Source: Rhodocyclaceae bacterium (GTDB taxonomy: Bacteria > Pseudomonadota > Gammaproteobacteria > Burkholderiales > Rhodocyclaceae). From it: 64,000 nt of DNA. The stretch covers positions 24,912-88,911 of the forward strand of contig JAPKHL010000005.1 of the NCBI GenBank assembly GCA_026646875.1, given 5' to 3'. A program made the translations under genes and the position numbers. The notes below the pieces were generated by a model. The model made no database searches and was not told the DNA's origin. It saw only the letters and a program-made list of their open reading frames with translations. Positions within the stretch are counted from its first letter, which is position 1. Each line of letters starts with the position of its first letter. Shown piece by piece: positions 33,764 through 42,276 of the stretch.

Positions 33764-34444
33764 ATGAATAAAATTGCGAAACACTCCTTGATGGCCGTTC
33801 TGGCCGCCACCCTCGGTTTCGGCGCAGCCGTCGCCCAGGCACAGACCGCTGCCAACCGCGTTTACGTGATCGATGCCCGCAACGAAGTCGCCACCAGCGG
33901 TTTCGGCCTCTGCTGGCGCACCGGCTACTGGACGCCGGCCGCCGCCGCCAACGACCCGGCTGGCTGCACCTGCGACAAGGACCTCCTGCCCAAGGAAAAA
34001 TGCGAACCGGCCGCCGCTCCGGCTGCCGCTCCGGCCGCCGCCCCCGCTGCCGGCGTGAAGCCGACCGGCGAAAAGATCACCCTCTCCGCTGACGCCCTGT
34101 TCGACTTCGACAAGGCCACCCTGCGCCCCGAAGGCAAGGCCAAGCTCGACGAACTGGCTGACAAGGTGAAGAGCATCAAGCTCGAGGTGATCATCGCCGT
34201 CGGCCACGCCGACCGTTTCGGCTCCGACGCCTACAACCAGAAGCTTTCCGAGAAGCGCGCCGCCGCGGTCAAGGAATACCTGGTCGGCAAGGGCATCGAG
34301 GCCAACCGTGTCTACACCGAAGGCAAGGGCGAGAAGCAGCCCGTGACCAAGCCGGGCCAGTGCAAGGGCCCGAAGAGCAAGAAGGTCATCGAGTGCCTGC
34401 AGCCGGATCGCCGCGTCGAAATCGAAGTCATCGGCACCAAGTAA
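33764..34444 (+). CDS. OmpA-family outer-membrane protein (paralog 2)
   Basis: Same architecture as 31568..32278. The N-terminal block NRxYVIDARNEVATSGFGLCWRTGYWTPAAA is shared. Confidence 0.88.
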   Translation: MNKIAKHSLMAVLAATLGFGAAVAQAQTAANRVYVIDARNEVATSGFGLCWRTGYWTPAAAANDPAGCTCDKDLLPKEKCEPAAAPAAAPAAAPAAGVKPTGEKITLSADALFDFDKATLRPEGKAKLDELADKVKSIKLEVIIAVGHADRFGSDAYNQKLSEKRAAAVKEYLVGKGIEANRVYTEGKGEKQPVTKPGQCKGPKSKKVIECLQPDRRVEIEVIGTK

Positions 34445-34462
34445 TCCGCCCGGTGCGCAAAA

Positions 34463-34486
34463 GCCCTGCTCCGGCAGGGCTTTTTT
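34463..34486 (+). terminator. rho-independent terminator
   Basis: GCCCTGC-tccg-GCAGGGC followed by TTTTTT. Confidence 0.75.
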
Positions 34487-34519
34487 GTTTCAGCCACTCA
34501 CCCTGACACCGACCAGACC

Positions 34520-35218
34520 ATGACCAACGCCGACCCGATCGAACTCGAGAAATTCAGCCAGCTCGCCCACCGCTGGTGGGATCCGAACAGCGAATTCAAG
34601 CCCCTGCACGACATCAATCCCCTGCGTCTCGACTGGATCGAACGCCATGCCGGACTGGCGGGGAAGAAGGTCCTCGACGTCGGCTGCGGCGGCGGCCTGC
34701 TCTCCGAAGGCATGGCCGCGCGCGGCGCCACGGTGACCGGGATCGACCTCTCCGAGAAAGCCCTCGGAGTCGCCCGCCTGCACCTGCTGGAAAGCGGCCG
34801 CAGCGTCGATTACCGGCAGACCTCGGCGGAAGCGCTGGCGGAAGGAGAAGCCGGAGCCTACGACGTGGTGACCTGCATGGAAATGCTCGAGCACGTCCCC
34901 AACCCGGCCAGCACCATCGCCGCCTGCGCCGCCCTGGTGAAGCCCGGCGGACAGGTCTTCTTCTCGACGATCAACCGCAATCCGAAGGCCTATCTGCTCG
35001 CCGTGATCGGCGCCGAATACATCCTCAAGCTGCTGCCCAAGGGCACACACGAGTACGCCCGCTTCATCAAGCCGTCGGAACTCTCGCGCTGGGCAAAAAG
35101 CGTCGGACTGGAACCGGACGAACTGATCGGCATGAGCTACAACCCGCTGACGCAGCGTTACGGCCTCGGACGCGACACCAGCGTCAATTACCTGATCCAC
35201 TGCCGCAGGCATGCCTGA
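34520..35218 (+). CDS. ubiG: bifunctional 3-demethylubiquinol 3-O-methyltransferase
   Basis: 232 aa with the SAM motif [13 protein letters not shown] and WWD near the N-terminus. Confidence 0.92.
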   Translation: MTNADPIELEKFSQLAHRWWDPNSEFKPLHDINPLRLDWIERHAGLAGKKVLDVGCGGGLLSEGMAARGATVTGIDLSEKALGVARLHLLESGRSVDYRQTSAEALAEGEAGAYDVVTCMEMLEHVPNPASTIAACAALVKPGGQVFFSTINRNPKAYLLAVIGAEYILKLLPKGTHEYARFIKPSELSRWAKSVGLEPDELIGMSYNPLTQRYGLGRDTSVNYLIHCRRHA

Positions 35219-35879
35219 TCCCGTAGCGGCGGCCGTTCTTTTCGACCTCGACGGCACCTTCGCCGACACCGCGCCCGACCTCGGCGCCGCCCTCAACCGT
35301 CTGCGGGAAGAACAGGGGCAGCCGCCGCTGCCGCTGGAAACGCTGCGGCCGCACACCTCCAGCGGCGTCCGCGGCATGCTTGGCGCGGGCTTCGGCCTGC
35401 GCCCGGACGACACCGACTACCCGCATTTCCGCACCCGCTTCCTGGCGCACTACGAAACGGGACTCTGCCAGGGCACCACCCTCTTCCCCGGCATCCCGGA
35501 ACTCGTCGACACGCTCGAAGCCCGCGGCAGGCCCTGGGGAATCGTCACCAACAAGGGGCAACGCTTCACCCTGCCCCTGCTCGACGCACTCGGCTACCTG
35601 AAGCGCGCCGCCTGCGTCGTCAGCGGCGACTCGGCCCCGCGCGCCAAGCCTGCCGTGCATCCGCTGCGGCTCGCCTGTGCCCTGCTTGGCGACCTCCCGC
35701 ACAACTGCCTGTACGCCGGCGACGACCTCCGCGACATCGTGGCCGGACGCAACGCCGGCATGCGCACCGTCGCCGTCCGCTACGGCTATCTGGGCGACGG
35801 CCCGCGCATCGAGGACTGGGGCGCCGACCATCTGGTCGATCATGCCAGCGATATCGCCGCACTCGCCGGCCTCGCGTGA
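35211..35879 (+). CDS. gph: phosphoglycolate phosphatase / HAD-IA hydrolase
   Basis: DLDGTFADT is HAD motif I. The gene overlaps the ubiG stop, as in many proteobacteria. Confidence 0.85.
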   Translation: MPDPVAAAVLFDLDGTFADTAPDLGAALNRLREEQGQPPLPLETLRPHTSSGVRGMLGAGFGLRPDDTDYPHFRTRFLAHYETGLCQGTTLFPGIPELVDTLEARGRPWGIVTNKGQRFTLPLLDALGYLKRAACVVSGDSAPRAKPAVHPLRLACALLGDLPHNCLYAGDDLRDIVAGRNAGMRTVAVRYGYLGDGPRIEDWGADHLVDHASDIAALAGLA

Positions 35880-35937
35880 TACCATGCGCGTCTGCTGAAC
35901 TTTTTCGCAGGCCGCCGGTCTATCGGCTGTCTGCTAT

Positions 35938-36302
35938 GGGGGCGACCTGGCTTCGACGTGGGTTGCAAAGCAGCGCAGGGCATACCGAGGACCAGTGACC
36001 TCGTAAATCCATCTGGAAATCAATAAACGCCAACGACGAGCGTTTCGCTCTCGCCGCCTAAAGCGGCGTGACCGCTGCACTGACTGGTCCCTGGGTCAGG
36101 TGGGGCAACCCACGGCAGCGTCATTTACAGGGACTCGCCCTTGCCAGGGTCACTTTGGCCGGGGCTAAATCCAAGGTGACTCGCCAGAAGCAAGCCTGTT
36201 CGGCCGGCGTGCCAAGGTTAAAACCCAATTGACCGGACTAAGTATGTAGAACTGCCTGTAGAGGACTTGCGGACGGGGGTTCGATCCCCCCCGCCTCCAC
36301 CA
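35938..36302 (+). ncRNA. ssrA: tmRNA (SsrA)
   Basis: GGGGGCGACCTGGCTTCGACG 5' end and a tRNA-like 3' end GGACGGGGGTTCGATCCCCCCCGCCTCCACCA. The tag reading frame at 36029-36061 encodes ANDERFALAA*. Confidence 0.95.
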
Positions 36303-36310
36303 ATACCCAA

Positions 36311-36342
36311 AATCCCAACCCTCATCGGTTGGGATTTTTTTT
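36311..36342 (+). terminator. ssrA terminator
   Basis: AATCCCAACC-ctcatc-GGTTGGGATT followed by a T-run. Confidence 0.8.
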
Positions 36343-36563
36343 GCCCGTTCCCCCAGTGTTGGCGCGGTTTTCGGGCCTGGCCTCGCGAGCGCCACCCCTG
36401 CGAAGTCGGCGTTTTTGCCCCCGCCGACGCCTCTCTGTTCTCCGTTTTCTCTGGTGGCCACGCGAGCGTTCTCGAGGCCATTTCCTTTGCTGGCGCGGGT
36501 TTAGAGGCGGTCGGTTGTGGTTGGCAACTCCTGTAGCGGTGGCGACCGAGTGTCGAGAGGCCA

Positions 36564-36586
36564 CAAAAAAACCGCCCGCAGGCGGC
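36564..36586 (-). terminator. terminator of the recombinase operon
   Basis: Minus strand reads CCGCC-tgcg-GGCGG followed by TTTTTTT, 25 nt after the stop at 36611. Confidence 0.7.
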
Positions 36587-36610
36587 AAGCTGGCGCTGGG
36601 TGCGACGTGC

Positions 36611-37084
36611 TCACCCGGGTGGCGCGAGCACGCGCATCTGGTCGCCCCAGGCATTGGGCCAGGGGCGGCGCATCACCTTCTCCAGCACGGCATCGGGCGA
36701 GCCAACCAGCCGTTCCACGACCTCCGGGGCCAGCAGCGTCAGCCGCATGACCCGGCGCACCTGTGTCACGTCCGTGCCTTCGGCCTCGGCGATCTCGGCT
36801 ACTGATGCCGCCCGCTGCTCATCCAGCAGGCGTTGCCAGTGGTGCGCCAGTCCGAGCGCCCGCATCAACGCGGTGTCCTGCGCGGCCGACCGGGCTTCCC
36901 GCTCCCGGGTGGCCTCGGACAGAAATTCCTGCGGCGCGTCCAAGGGCGTGATGACCTGCTTCTTCAGCCCCCGCTTCACCAGCGTCCAGGGCACGAAGGT
37001 TTCCAGTTGCACGCCGCCTGCCGGGTTCGGCAGTTGATAGGTGACCGGATCACCCTTGAACCGGCCCCGGTGCTTCTTGCTCAT
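36611..37084 (-). CDS. small recombinase-associated protein, paralog 2 (RLTLLAP motif, putative HTH)
   Basis: 157 aa. The ATGA overlaps the upstream gene. It shares ETFVPxT...IAxxEGxxxxxVxRxMRLTLLAPxxxExL with 37081..37452. Confidence 0.7.
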   Translation of the reverse strand: MSKKHRGRFKGDPVTYQLPNPAGGVQLETFVPWTLVKRGLKKQVITPLDAPQEFLSEATREREARSAAQDTALMRALGLAHHWQRLLDEQRAASVAEIAEAEGTDVTQVRRVMRLTLLAPEVVERLVGSPDAVLEKVMRRPWPNAWGDQMRVLAPPG

Positions 37085-37452
37085 GCGTCCTCCTCAAAGC
37101 GCTTCACGATCTGGCGTTGCGCCTCCCAATCCACCGGCAGCGGGTTGCGCTGGAACCAGATCAGGTTCATCCGGCGCGGCTGCCGCCCGGCCATCAGCAG
37201 TTCGAGGATGTCAGGCGCGAGCAGGGTCAGGCGCATCAGCTCGTTGGGCACCGAGGGGTGCAGTCCTTCGGTCCGGGCAATGTCTGACCCACTCTTCATC
37301 ACACCGGTGTCCACGAGGTGCTGCCAGTAGAAACCGCGTGCCACCCCCTCCAGCAGCGTCACATCGTGGACGTGACGGTCGTCGGCGGCCACGCGCCGCG
37401 CGCCCCGGCGACGAAATGTCAGGGGCACAAAGGTTTCCAGTGTGTCGTCCAT
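37081..37452 (-). CDS. small recombinase-associated protein, paralog 1 (RLTLLAP motif, putative HTH)
   Basis: The ATG at 37452 overlaps the recombinase stop (ATGA). 123 aa, MDDTLETFVPLTFRRRG... Confidence 0.7.
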   Translation of the reverse strand: MDDTLETFVPLTFRRRGARRVAADDRHVHDVTLLEGVARGFYWQHLVDTGVMKSGSDIARTEGLHPSVPNELMRLTLLAPDILELLMAGRQPRRMNLIWFQRNPLPVDWEAQRQIVKRFEEDA

Positions 37453-38831
37453 CAGGCTTCGACCTCCACCAGTTCCGCGCCGATGCCCCTCGGGGCGAAC
37501 TCGCCGATTAGGGCGTCCCAGCCCAGTTCCCGCCACTTCACCTTGATGCCCTGCACCTCGCCGACGTGGACGAGGTCGATGCGCTCGATCATCAGGTTGG
37601 CGATGCGGTGACGCTCGACCGGGAACAACTGATCCCACACGTCGTTGAGCCGTCCCATCGCCATCACCGTGGTGGCCTCGTCGATCTGGGCCCCATTGCG
37701 CTGGATGTGGCGCACCACCGATGCGATGGATTCCGGGCTGGTCAGCACCGTGCGGATCTGGGCCACCACCGCCGCCTCGATCTCAGGTGCAGGCAGGCGT
37801 TCGTAGCTCTTGCCCGGTGCTCCGAACCGGCTTTCCGACTTGGACACGTAGTAGTGGTACTTGCGCCCGTTCTTGCGCGAGTAGGTCGGGTACATCCGTT
37901 CGCCCGAGGGGGCGTACAGCAGGCCGCGCAGCAAGGCGTCGGTGCGCGACCGGATCTTGGTCTCCACCGACCGGGCGTGCCCATCCCTGGCCAGCACCGT
38001 GTGGACCTTGTCCCAAAGCTCCTGGTCGATGATCGGCGGGTGAGCGCCGGGGTACCAGTTCCCCTTGTGCGATAGCTCCCCCAGGTAGATGCGGTTGCGC
38101 AGCAGCTTGTGCAGGTACTTCTTGTCGATGCGTGTGCCGCTGCGGGTCTGGCCCTCCTGCGTCGTCCAGGCCTTGGTCGTGATGCCGTCGGCAGTGAGGC
38201 TGACGGCGATCTGGGTCGGCGAGCCGATGGTCAGCATCTCCTCGAAGATGCGACGCACCACCGCCGCCTCGGCCTCGTTGATGACCAACAGGCGGTTGTC
38301 GACGTCGTAACCCAGGGGCGGGACGCCGCCCATCCACATCCCCTTGCGCTTGGCGGCGGCAATCTTGTCGCGGATGCGCTCGCCGGTGACCTCGCGCTCA
38401 AACTGGGCGAAGGACAGCAGGACGTTGAGCATCAGCCGACCCATCGAGGTGGTGGTGTTGAACTGCTGGGTGACCGACACAAAGGACACCCCGTGGCGTT
38501 CGAACACTTCAACCATCTTGGAGAAGTCGGCCAAGCTGCGCGTCAGGCGGTCGATCTTGTAGACCACCACGATGTCGATCTGGCCGCGCTCGATGTCCGC
38601 CATCAGGCGTTTCAGCCCCGGCCGATCCGTGTTGCCGCCAGAGAAGCCGGGGTCGTCGTAGTCGTCGGCCACCGGAATCCAGCCCTCGGATCGCTGACTG
38701 GCGACGTAGGCGTGGCCCGCCTCCTTCTGCGCGTCGATGGAGTTGAACTCCTGGTCAAGCCGTTCATCCGAGGACACCCGGCAGTAGACGGCGCAGCGCT
38801 TGCGGGCCTTGGTGCTGGCAATCTCGCTCAT
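37452..38831 (-). CDS. large serine recombinase (resolvase/invertase N-domain + recombinase domain)
   Basis: 459 aa. CAVYCRVSSDE is the catalytic Ser region. VVYKIDRLTRS and a recombinase domain follow. Confidence 0.9.
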   Translation of the reverse strand: MSEIASTKARKRCAVYCRVSSDERLDQEFNSIDAQKEAGHAYVASQRSEGWIPVADDYDDPGFSGGNTDRPGLKRLMADIERGQIDIVVVYKIDRLTRSLADFSKMVEVFERHGVSFVSVTQQFNTTTSMGRLMLNVLLSFAQFEREVTGERIRDKIAAAKRKGMWMGGVPPLGYDVDNRLLVINEAEAAVVRRIFEEMLTIGSPTQIAVSLTADGITTKAWTTQEGQTRSGTRIDKKYLHKLLRNRIYLGELSHKGNWYPGAHPPIIDQELWDKVHTVLARDGHARSVETKIRSRTDALLRGLLYAPSGERMYPTYSRKNGRKYHYYVSKSESRFGAPGKSYERLPAPEIEAAVVAQIRTVLTSPESIASVVRHIQRNGAQIDEATTVMAMGRLNDVWDQLFPVERHRIANLMIERIDLVHVGEVQGIKVKWRELGWDALIGEFAPRGIGAELVEVEA

Positions 38832-39280
38832 CGCGCACCTCCCTTGCTCAGGCCAAAGAACAGCGGCCCCGACCAGTGCGCGCCCGTGATGTGGCGGGCC
38901 ACCGCCGTCAGGCTCTTGAAGTTGCGCCCCTGGTACTCAAACAGCCCCTCGGCGGTGACTGTCACCCGATGTTCGCGCTCGCCCCATTCGCGCAGCAGGA
39001 TCGTGCCCGGCGCGAAATCGAACTCGCGCGGCTTGGCCCGCAGCTTGATCTTGGAGTGTTTTGCGCCGATGGCTTCCAGGCGCTGCTTGGTCTCGGGCGC
39101 AAGGCCACCGAAGGCTTCCTCCTGCAGCTTGTAGGCGAGACGGGACTCGACGTGCGTGCGGTTGGGGTAGTCCGGGCGACGCGGGAAATACCGATCCCAC
39201 ACCGTCCAGAGCTCGGACATCGGCAGGCAGGCCAGCTCCGCAATCCGCGCGGCGACGGATGCTTGTTTCTCGTTCATCAC
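38828..39280 (-). CDS. DUF2924-like protein
   Basis: 150 aa whose stop overlaps the recombinase start. The ...FKSLTAVARHITGAHWSGPLFFGL tail is typical of the family found upstream of serine recombinases. Confidence 0.75.
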   Translation of the reverse strand: MMNEKQASVAARIAELACLPMSELWTVWDRYFPRRPDYPNRTHVESRLAYKLQEEAFGGLAPETKQRLEAIGAKHSKIKLRAKPREFDFAPGTILLREWGEREHRVTVTAEGLFEYQGRNFKSLTAVARHITGAHWSGPLFFGLSKGGAR

Positions 39281-39305
39281 AACTTCTCCTCTTGATAGGG
39301 GGTTG

Positions 39306-39337
39306 TATGAACGCGCTGGTCGGGCAGGAAGCCAAGG
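39306..39337 (-). promoter_or_regulatory. copy D of the 32-nt conserved motif (AACGCGCTG-N9-GAAGCCAAG on the plus strand)
   Basis: Lies 25 nt upstream of the DUF2924 start. Aligns without gaps to the copies at 54762, 55422 and 55723. Confidence 0.7.
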
Positions 39338-39584
39338 CCAACTTCTCTCTGTTTTGGTTCATCCGCAGCAAGGGTGCGGACGATGGCAGCCGCAAGGATG
39401 GCGGCGATTTCGCCAGCACGGGCGCTGGCGCTCATCTCCGTGGGAGATGCGAGTTCGAGGTTCTTCATGACGGCTCCGAGGAATTGCAACCGTCAGGGAT
39501 AGTGAGCCTGATCTTCCGAAGCGGATGGCAACGCAGGGTAATCGTGACCGCCAGTCATGAATCCATTGCGCGTTAACGAAACAG

Positions 39585-39613
39585 TTGACAGAGTGCCTCT
39601 TGGCCTCTACCAT
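39585..39613 (+). promoter_or_regulatory. sigma70-like promoter of the XRE/ImmA operon
   Basis: TTGACA-17 nt-TACCAT, 35 nt upstream of the ATG at 39649. It is bracketed by the inverted GTTAACGA(A)ACAG repeats at 39572-39584 and 39614-39624. Confidence 0.6.
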
Positions 39614-39619
39614 CTGTCG

Positions 39620-39637
39620 TTAACTAATCACGCAATC
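39620..39637 (+). promoter_or_regulatory. operator-like box 1 (TTAACTAATCACGCAATC)
   Basis: 15/18 identical to the box at 40797-40814. Lies between the -10 element and the XRE start codon. Confidence 0.6.
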
Positions 39638-39648
39638 AGGTCACAACC

Positions 39649-39927
39649 ATGCCCTTTGGAGCATTCATCCGCAAGAAGCGCGAAGAGAAAGGCATTCAGA
39701 TGAATGACTTTGCGCGCCAGCTGGAGATATCACCCGCCTACTGGTCGCGCATCGAGCGCGACATGGAAAAACCGCCCAAGGACGAGCTGATCCGTAAGGC
39801 GGCCGAGATCCTTGGAATCAGCGCCGACGACGCTTTCGTCGAGGCCAGTCGCCTGCCTCCCGACATCCGCGATGATGTTGGCAACCTGGTTCGGATGTAC
39901 CGCCGGAACGTGACGGAGAAGAAGTGA
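39649..39927 (+). CDS. XRE-family helix-turn-helix regulator
   Basis: 92 aa. IRKKREEKGIQMNDFARQLEISPAYWSRIERD is an HTH_3-type motif. Confidence 0.88.
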   Translation: MPFGAFIRKKREEKGIQMNDFARQLEISPAYWSRIERDMEKPPKDELIRKAAEILGISADDAFVEASRLPPDIRDDVGNLVRMYRRNVTEKK

Positions 39928-40740
39928 ATGGCGGTACTGACTCTCGACTACCGGTGCTGCGACCGGAAGCGCCCGCTGTACATCAAGCACATTGAGGTCG
40001 AACGCATCGCCGCGACCGCGCGCCAGCAACTGGTCGCGGACAGCATCGATGCCGTTTCTTTCGACGCGCTGCGGCAGATCTCCGGCCTGAAGATCAACGG
40101 CATCGACTTCGCGCTGGAGGTCAGCACCGACTACTCCGTGCATGACGAGCAAGGCAACCACGTCTTCGGCGTCTGTGAATTCGACCCCGCTATGCCCGAC
40201 GCCGCGATGGTGTCCATCTCGCCCGTGGGTGAGAGTCTCAGCGAACTGCTGGCCCTCAGCACCTTGGCCCACGAGCTGGGCCACGCCGTGTTCGACGCCC
40301 CCGGCTGGGTTGTTCAGGGCAGCAAGGGTCCCGGGTTGTTCGATGACATCGAACCGACGATGCAACGCGCCTACCGCACCACGACGCCGGACAGCGACCA
40401 CTTGTCCAAGTCACTATCTGCGAAGCCAACGACGGAAGAACACTTCGCCGAGCTGCGCGCCAACGAGTTCATGGGCTCCTTGCTGGTGCCTCGCCAACGC
40501 ATCATCGCCGCCGTCGAAGAGCTTGCGCCCCAGCACGACATCACCATCCATCGCCATCCTTCAACCGATCCCGACCACCCCGGCACGGCCCTGCGCATCA
40601 AGGCGAACGGCGACCTGGGAGTCTTGGAGATGGATCGCTTCGAGAAAGCCTTGGCGACGCGCTTCGGTGTCAATCCACGGTTCATCCAAGTACGTCTGAA
40701 CCGTTATGGCCTGACCACTCAGGAGGCCACGATGCGCTGA
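39928..40740 (+). CDS. ImmA/IrrE-family zinc metallopeptidase
   Basis: 270 aa starting directly after the XRE stop, with HELGH and a downstream EFMGSLLVP motif. Confidence 0.8.
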   Translation: MAVLTLDYRCCDRKRPLYIKHIEVERIAATARQQLVADSIDAVSFDALRQISGLKINGIDFALEVSTDYSVHDEQGNHVFGVCEFDPAMPDAAMVSISPVGESLSELLALSTLAHELGHAVFDAPGWVVQGSKGPGLFDDIEPTMQRAYRTTTPDSDHLSKSLSAKPTTEEHFAELRANEFMGSLLVPRQRIIAAVEELAPQHDITIHRHPSTDPDHPGTALRIKANGDLGVLEMDRFEKALATRFGVNPRFIQVRLNRYGLTTQEATMR

Positions 40741-40761
40741 CCAGGATCTACCGCCTGTGGA

Positions 40762-40785
40762 GCCGACCTCGCGTCGGCGTTTTTT
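40762..40785 (+). terminator. rho-independent terminator after the ImmA-like gene
   Basis: GCCGAC-ctcgc-GTCGGC followed by GTTTTTT. Confidence 0.7.
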
Positions 40786-40796
40786 GAATCATTCGA

Positions 40797-40814
40797 TTAA
40801 CTGTTCGCGCAATC
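40797..40814 (+). promoter_or_regulatory. operator-like box 2 (TTAACTGTTCGCGCAATC)
   Basis: 15/18 identical to box 1. Lies 27 nt upstream of the ATG at 40841. Confidence 0.6.
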
Positions 40815-40840
40815 GCGCACTTTGTCAAAGGAACTTGCCT

Positions 40841-42265
40841 ATGCCAGCTGACCAAGCCTCAACAACAAAGAAAAGCACCAAGTTGGCGACGAGCCAGCCT
40901 GCAGCAAAACGTGCGCGTGAGCATCGATCCGATGAGGGCGCAAACATCCTGCCGAACGCAGAGAACTTCGTCAGCCTCGTGCGCAAGGTCGCGCGCCCCG
41001 GGCTGCTGGTGGATCTGCTCGAACGCGCCAGCGCGACGGCACTGCCGGAGTTGAAGGCATTGGCAGAAGCGGCCAAGGGCAAGTTGCCAGTCGAGTCGCG
41101 TCAGGCACTCTTTCATGCTGTCGGCAAATTGCCGGTGGCCGCCCAGTACAGCATCGAGTGTGCCGCCGAGCGAGTGATGCTCCTTGACGATGACTACGGG
41201 GCACAGGCCGTCTTGTCCCTGCTCAACGAAGAGCGTGCCGACGATGCCGCCATGCTGGCTGCGCCCAGCGACCGCTACAGCCGCGCCCTGTATCTGCACC
41301 TCTTGCAGGACTTTCCAGCGCAAGGCGCCCGCCGCGACGAACGCTTCGATCAGGCTGAGCATCTGCAAGTGATGCATCGTCAGTGGAAAAGCGACCACTA
41401 CTCCAGCCACTACCTGGGCCCCAAGGGCGTCGTGCCGAAGAGTGGGATCGACGTTCAAGAGGTGTTGCGCACACGCATTGCCGAACTGTTCCCGAAGGTG
41501 CCGAAGGATCAAATCCTGATCGAGCAATTCACGCGCCGAGATCTGTCATGCGAACAGGGTGATGACGATGATTGCGAAGCCGGTCAGTCGGCGCTGTTGC
41601 ACACGCTGACGGCGACCTTCAATGGCAAGACGGCCACGTTCCAGCAAGTGGCGAACGGGCATGTCGTCGACCACGAGGAACCCGCTGCGATGTCGGCCCG
41701 CTTCTCGTGGGAGCCGGATACTGGCTCACTCAGCGTGTTCTGCGAAGAACGGGAGGCGCGCCGCGAGCTGGCCACCGTCTTCCGTGATGTCGCGTTGGCG
41801 CACGAAGGCCAGATCGAGGACATGCCCATGCGGCAGTTCGACCTGCTCGGCTTTGCGACCTCCAAGATGCTGGACCGCCTCAAACGTGACCGGGTCGCAG
41901 GCATCGACGATATCTCGATCCTGCAGATCACGGTGGCCAAGCCGTTCGAGCAGACCTCAGAGTACGGCGGACGTGATGTGGTGCGGCAACTCTCCAGCAA
42001 GATGCAAATCACCCGCGACCGGCGCGACGGCCGCAACATCTATCAGGTTGCTTATGAGGACTATTGCGCCGAAGACCTGAGTCAGTACGCGCTTGTGCAG
42101 GTGAAGTTGGTCATGAGGATGTCCAAGACGCCACACCGCAAGGCGCACAACGTCGCTGTCCAGATCACCGCGCCGAACGGGCTGAACGACAAGAGCAGGA
42201 CCGACGACGACCGCAAGCGCGTGCAGGAACAGCTCATCAAGATCGGCGTGCTGAGCCAGTTCTGA
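40841..42265 (+). CDS. hypothetical protein (474 aa), no recognisable family
   Basis: ATG with an AAGGA RBS. The long ORF has normal, non-shadow composition. The N-terminus is K/A/S-rich and an acidic patch CEQGDDDDCEAG is present. Confidence 0.75.
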   Translation: MPADQASTTKKSTKLATSQPAAKRAREHRSDEGANILPNAENFVSLVRKVARPGLLVDLLERASATALPELKALAEAAKGKLPVESRQALFHAVGKLPVAAQYSIECAAERVMLLDDDYGAQAVLSLLNEERADDAAMLAAPSDRYSRALYLHLLQDFPAQGARRDERFDQAEHLQVMHRQWKSDHYSSHYLGPKGVVPKSGIDVQEVLRTRIAELFPKVPKDQILIEQFTRRDLSCEQGDDDDCEAGQSALLHTLTATFNGKTATFQQVANGHVVDHEEPAAMSARFSWEPDTGSLSVFCEEREARRELATVFRDVALAHEGQIEDMPMRQFDLLGFATSKMLDRLKRDRVAGIDDISILQITVAKPFEQTSEYGGRDVVRQLSSKMQITRDRRDGRNIYQVAYEDYCAEDLSQYALVQVKLVMRMSKTPHRKAHNVAVQITAPNGLNDKSRTDDDRKRVQEQLIKIGVLSQF

Positions 42266-42276
42266 GGAGGACGCCG

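Noticed and set aside
36303-36342. Duplication of the ssrA 3' end inside the window as an att repeat
   Set aside because: I found no second copy of the GGACGGGGGTTCGATCCCCC segment within the 64 kb. The right prophage end lies outside the window, so this cannot be assessed here.
36165-36805. Several 87-158-aa ORFs overlapping ssrA and the gap after it
   Set aside because: They overlap the tmRNA gene, its terminator and the terminator of the recombinase operon. Their composition is shadow-like.
39277-39489. 70-aa ORF upstream of the DUF2924 gene
   Set aside because: It contains copy D of the 32-nt motif, and the other three copies are all intergenic. The region is more likely the divergent regulatory region between the recombinase and XRE operons. 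It cannot be fully excluded as a small gene.
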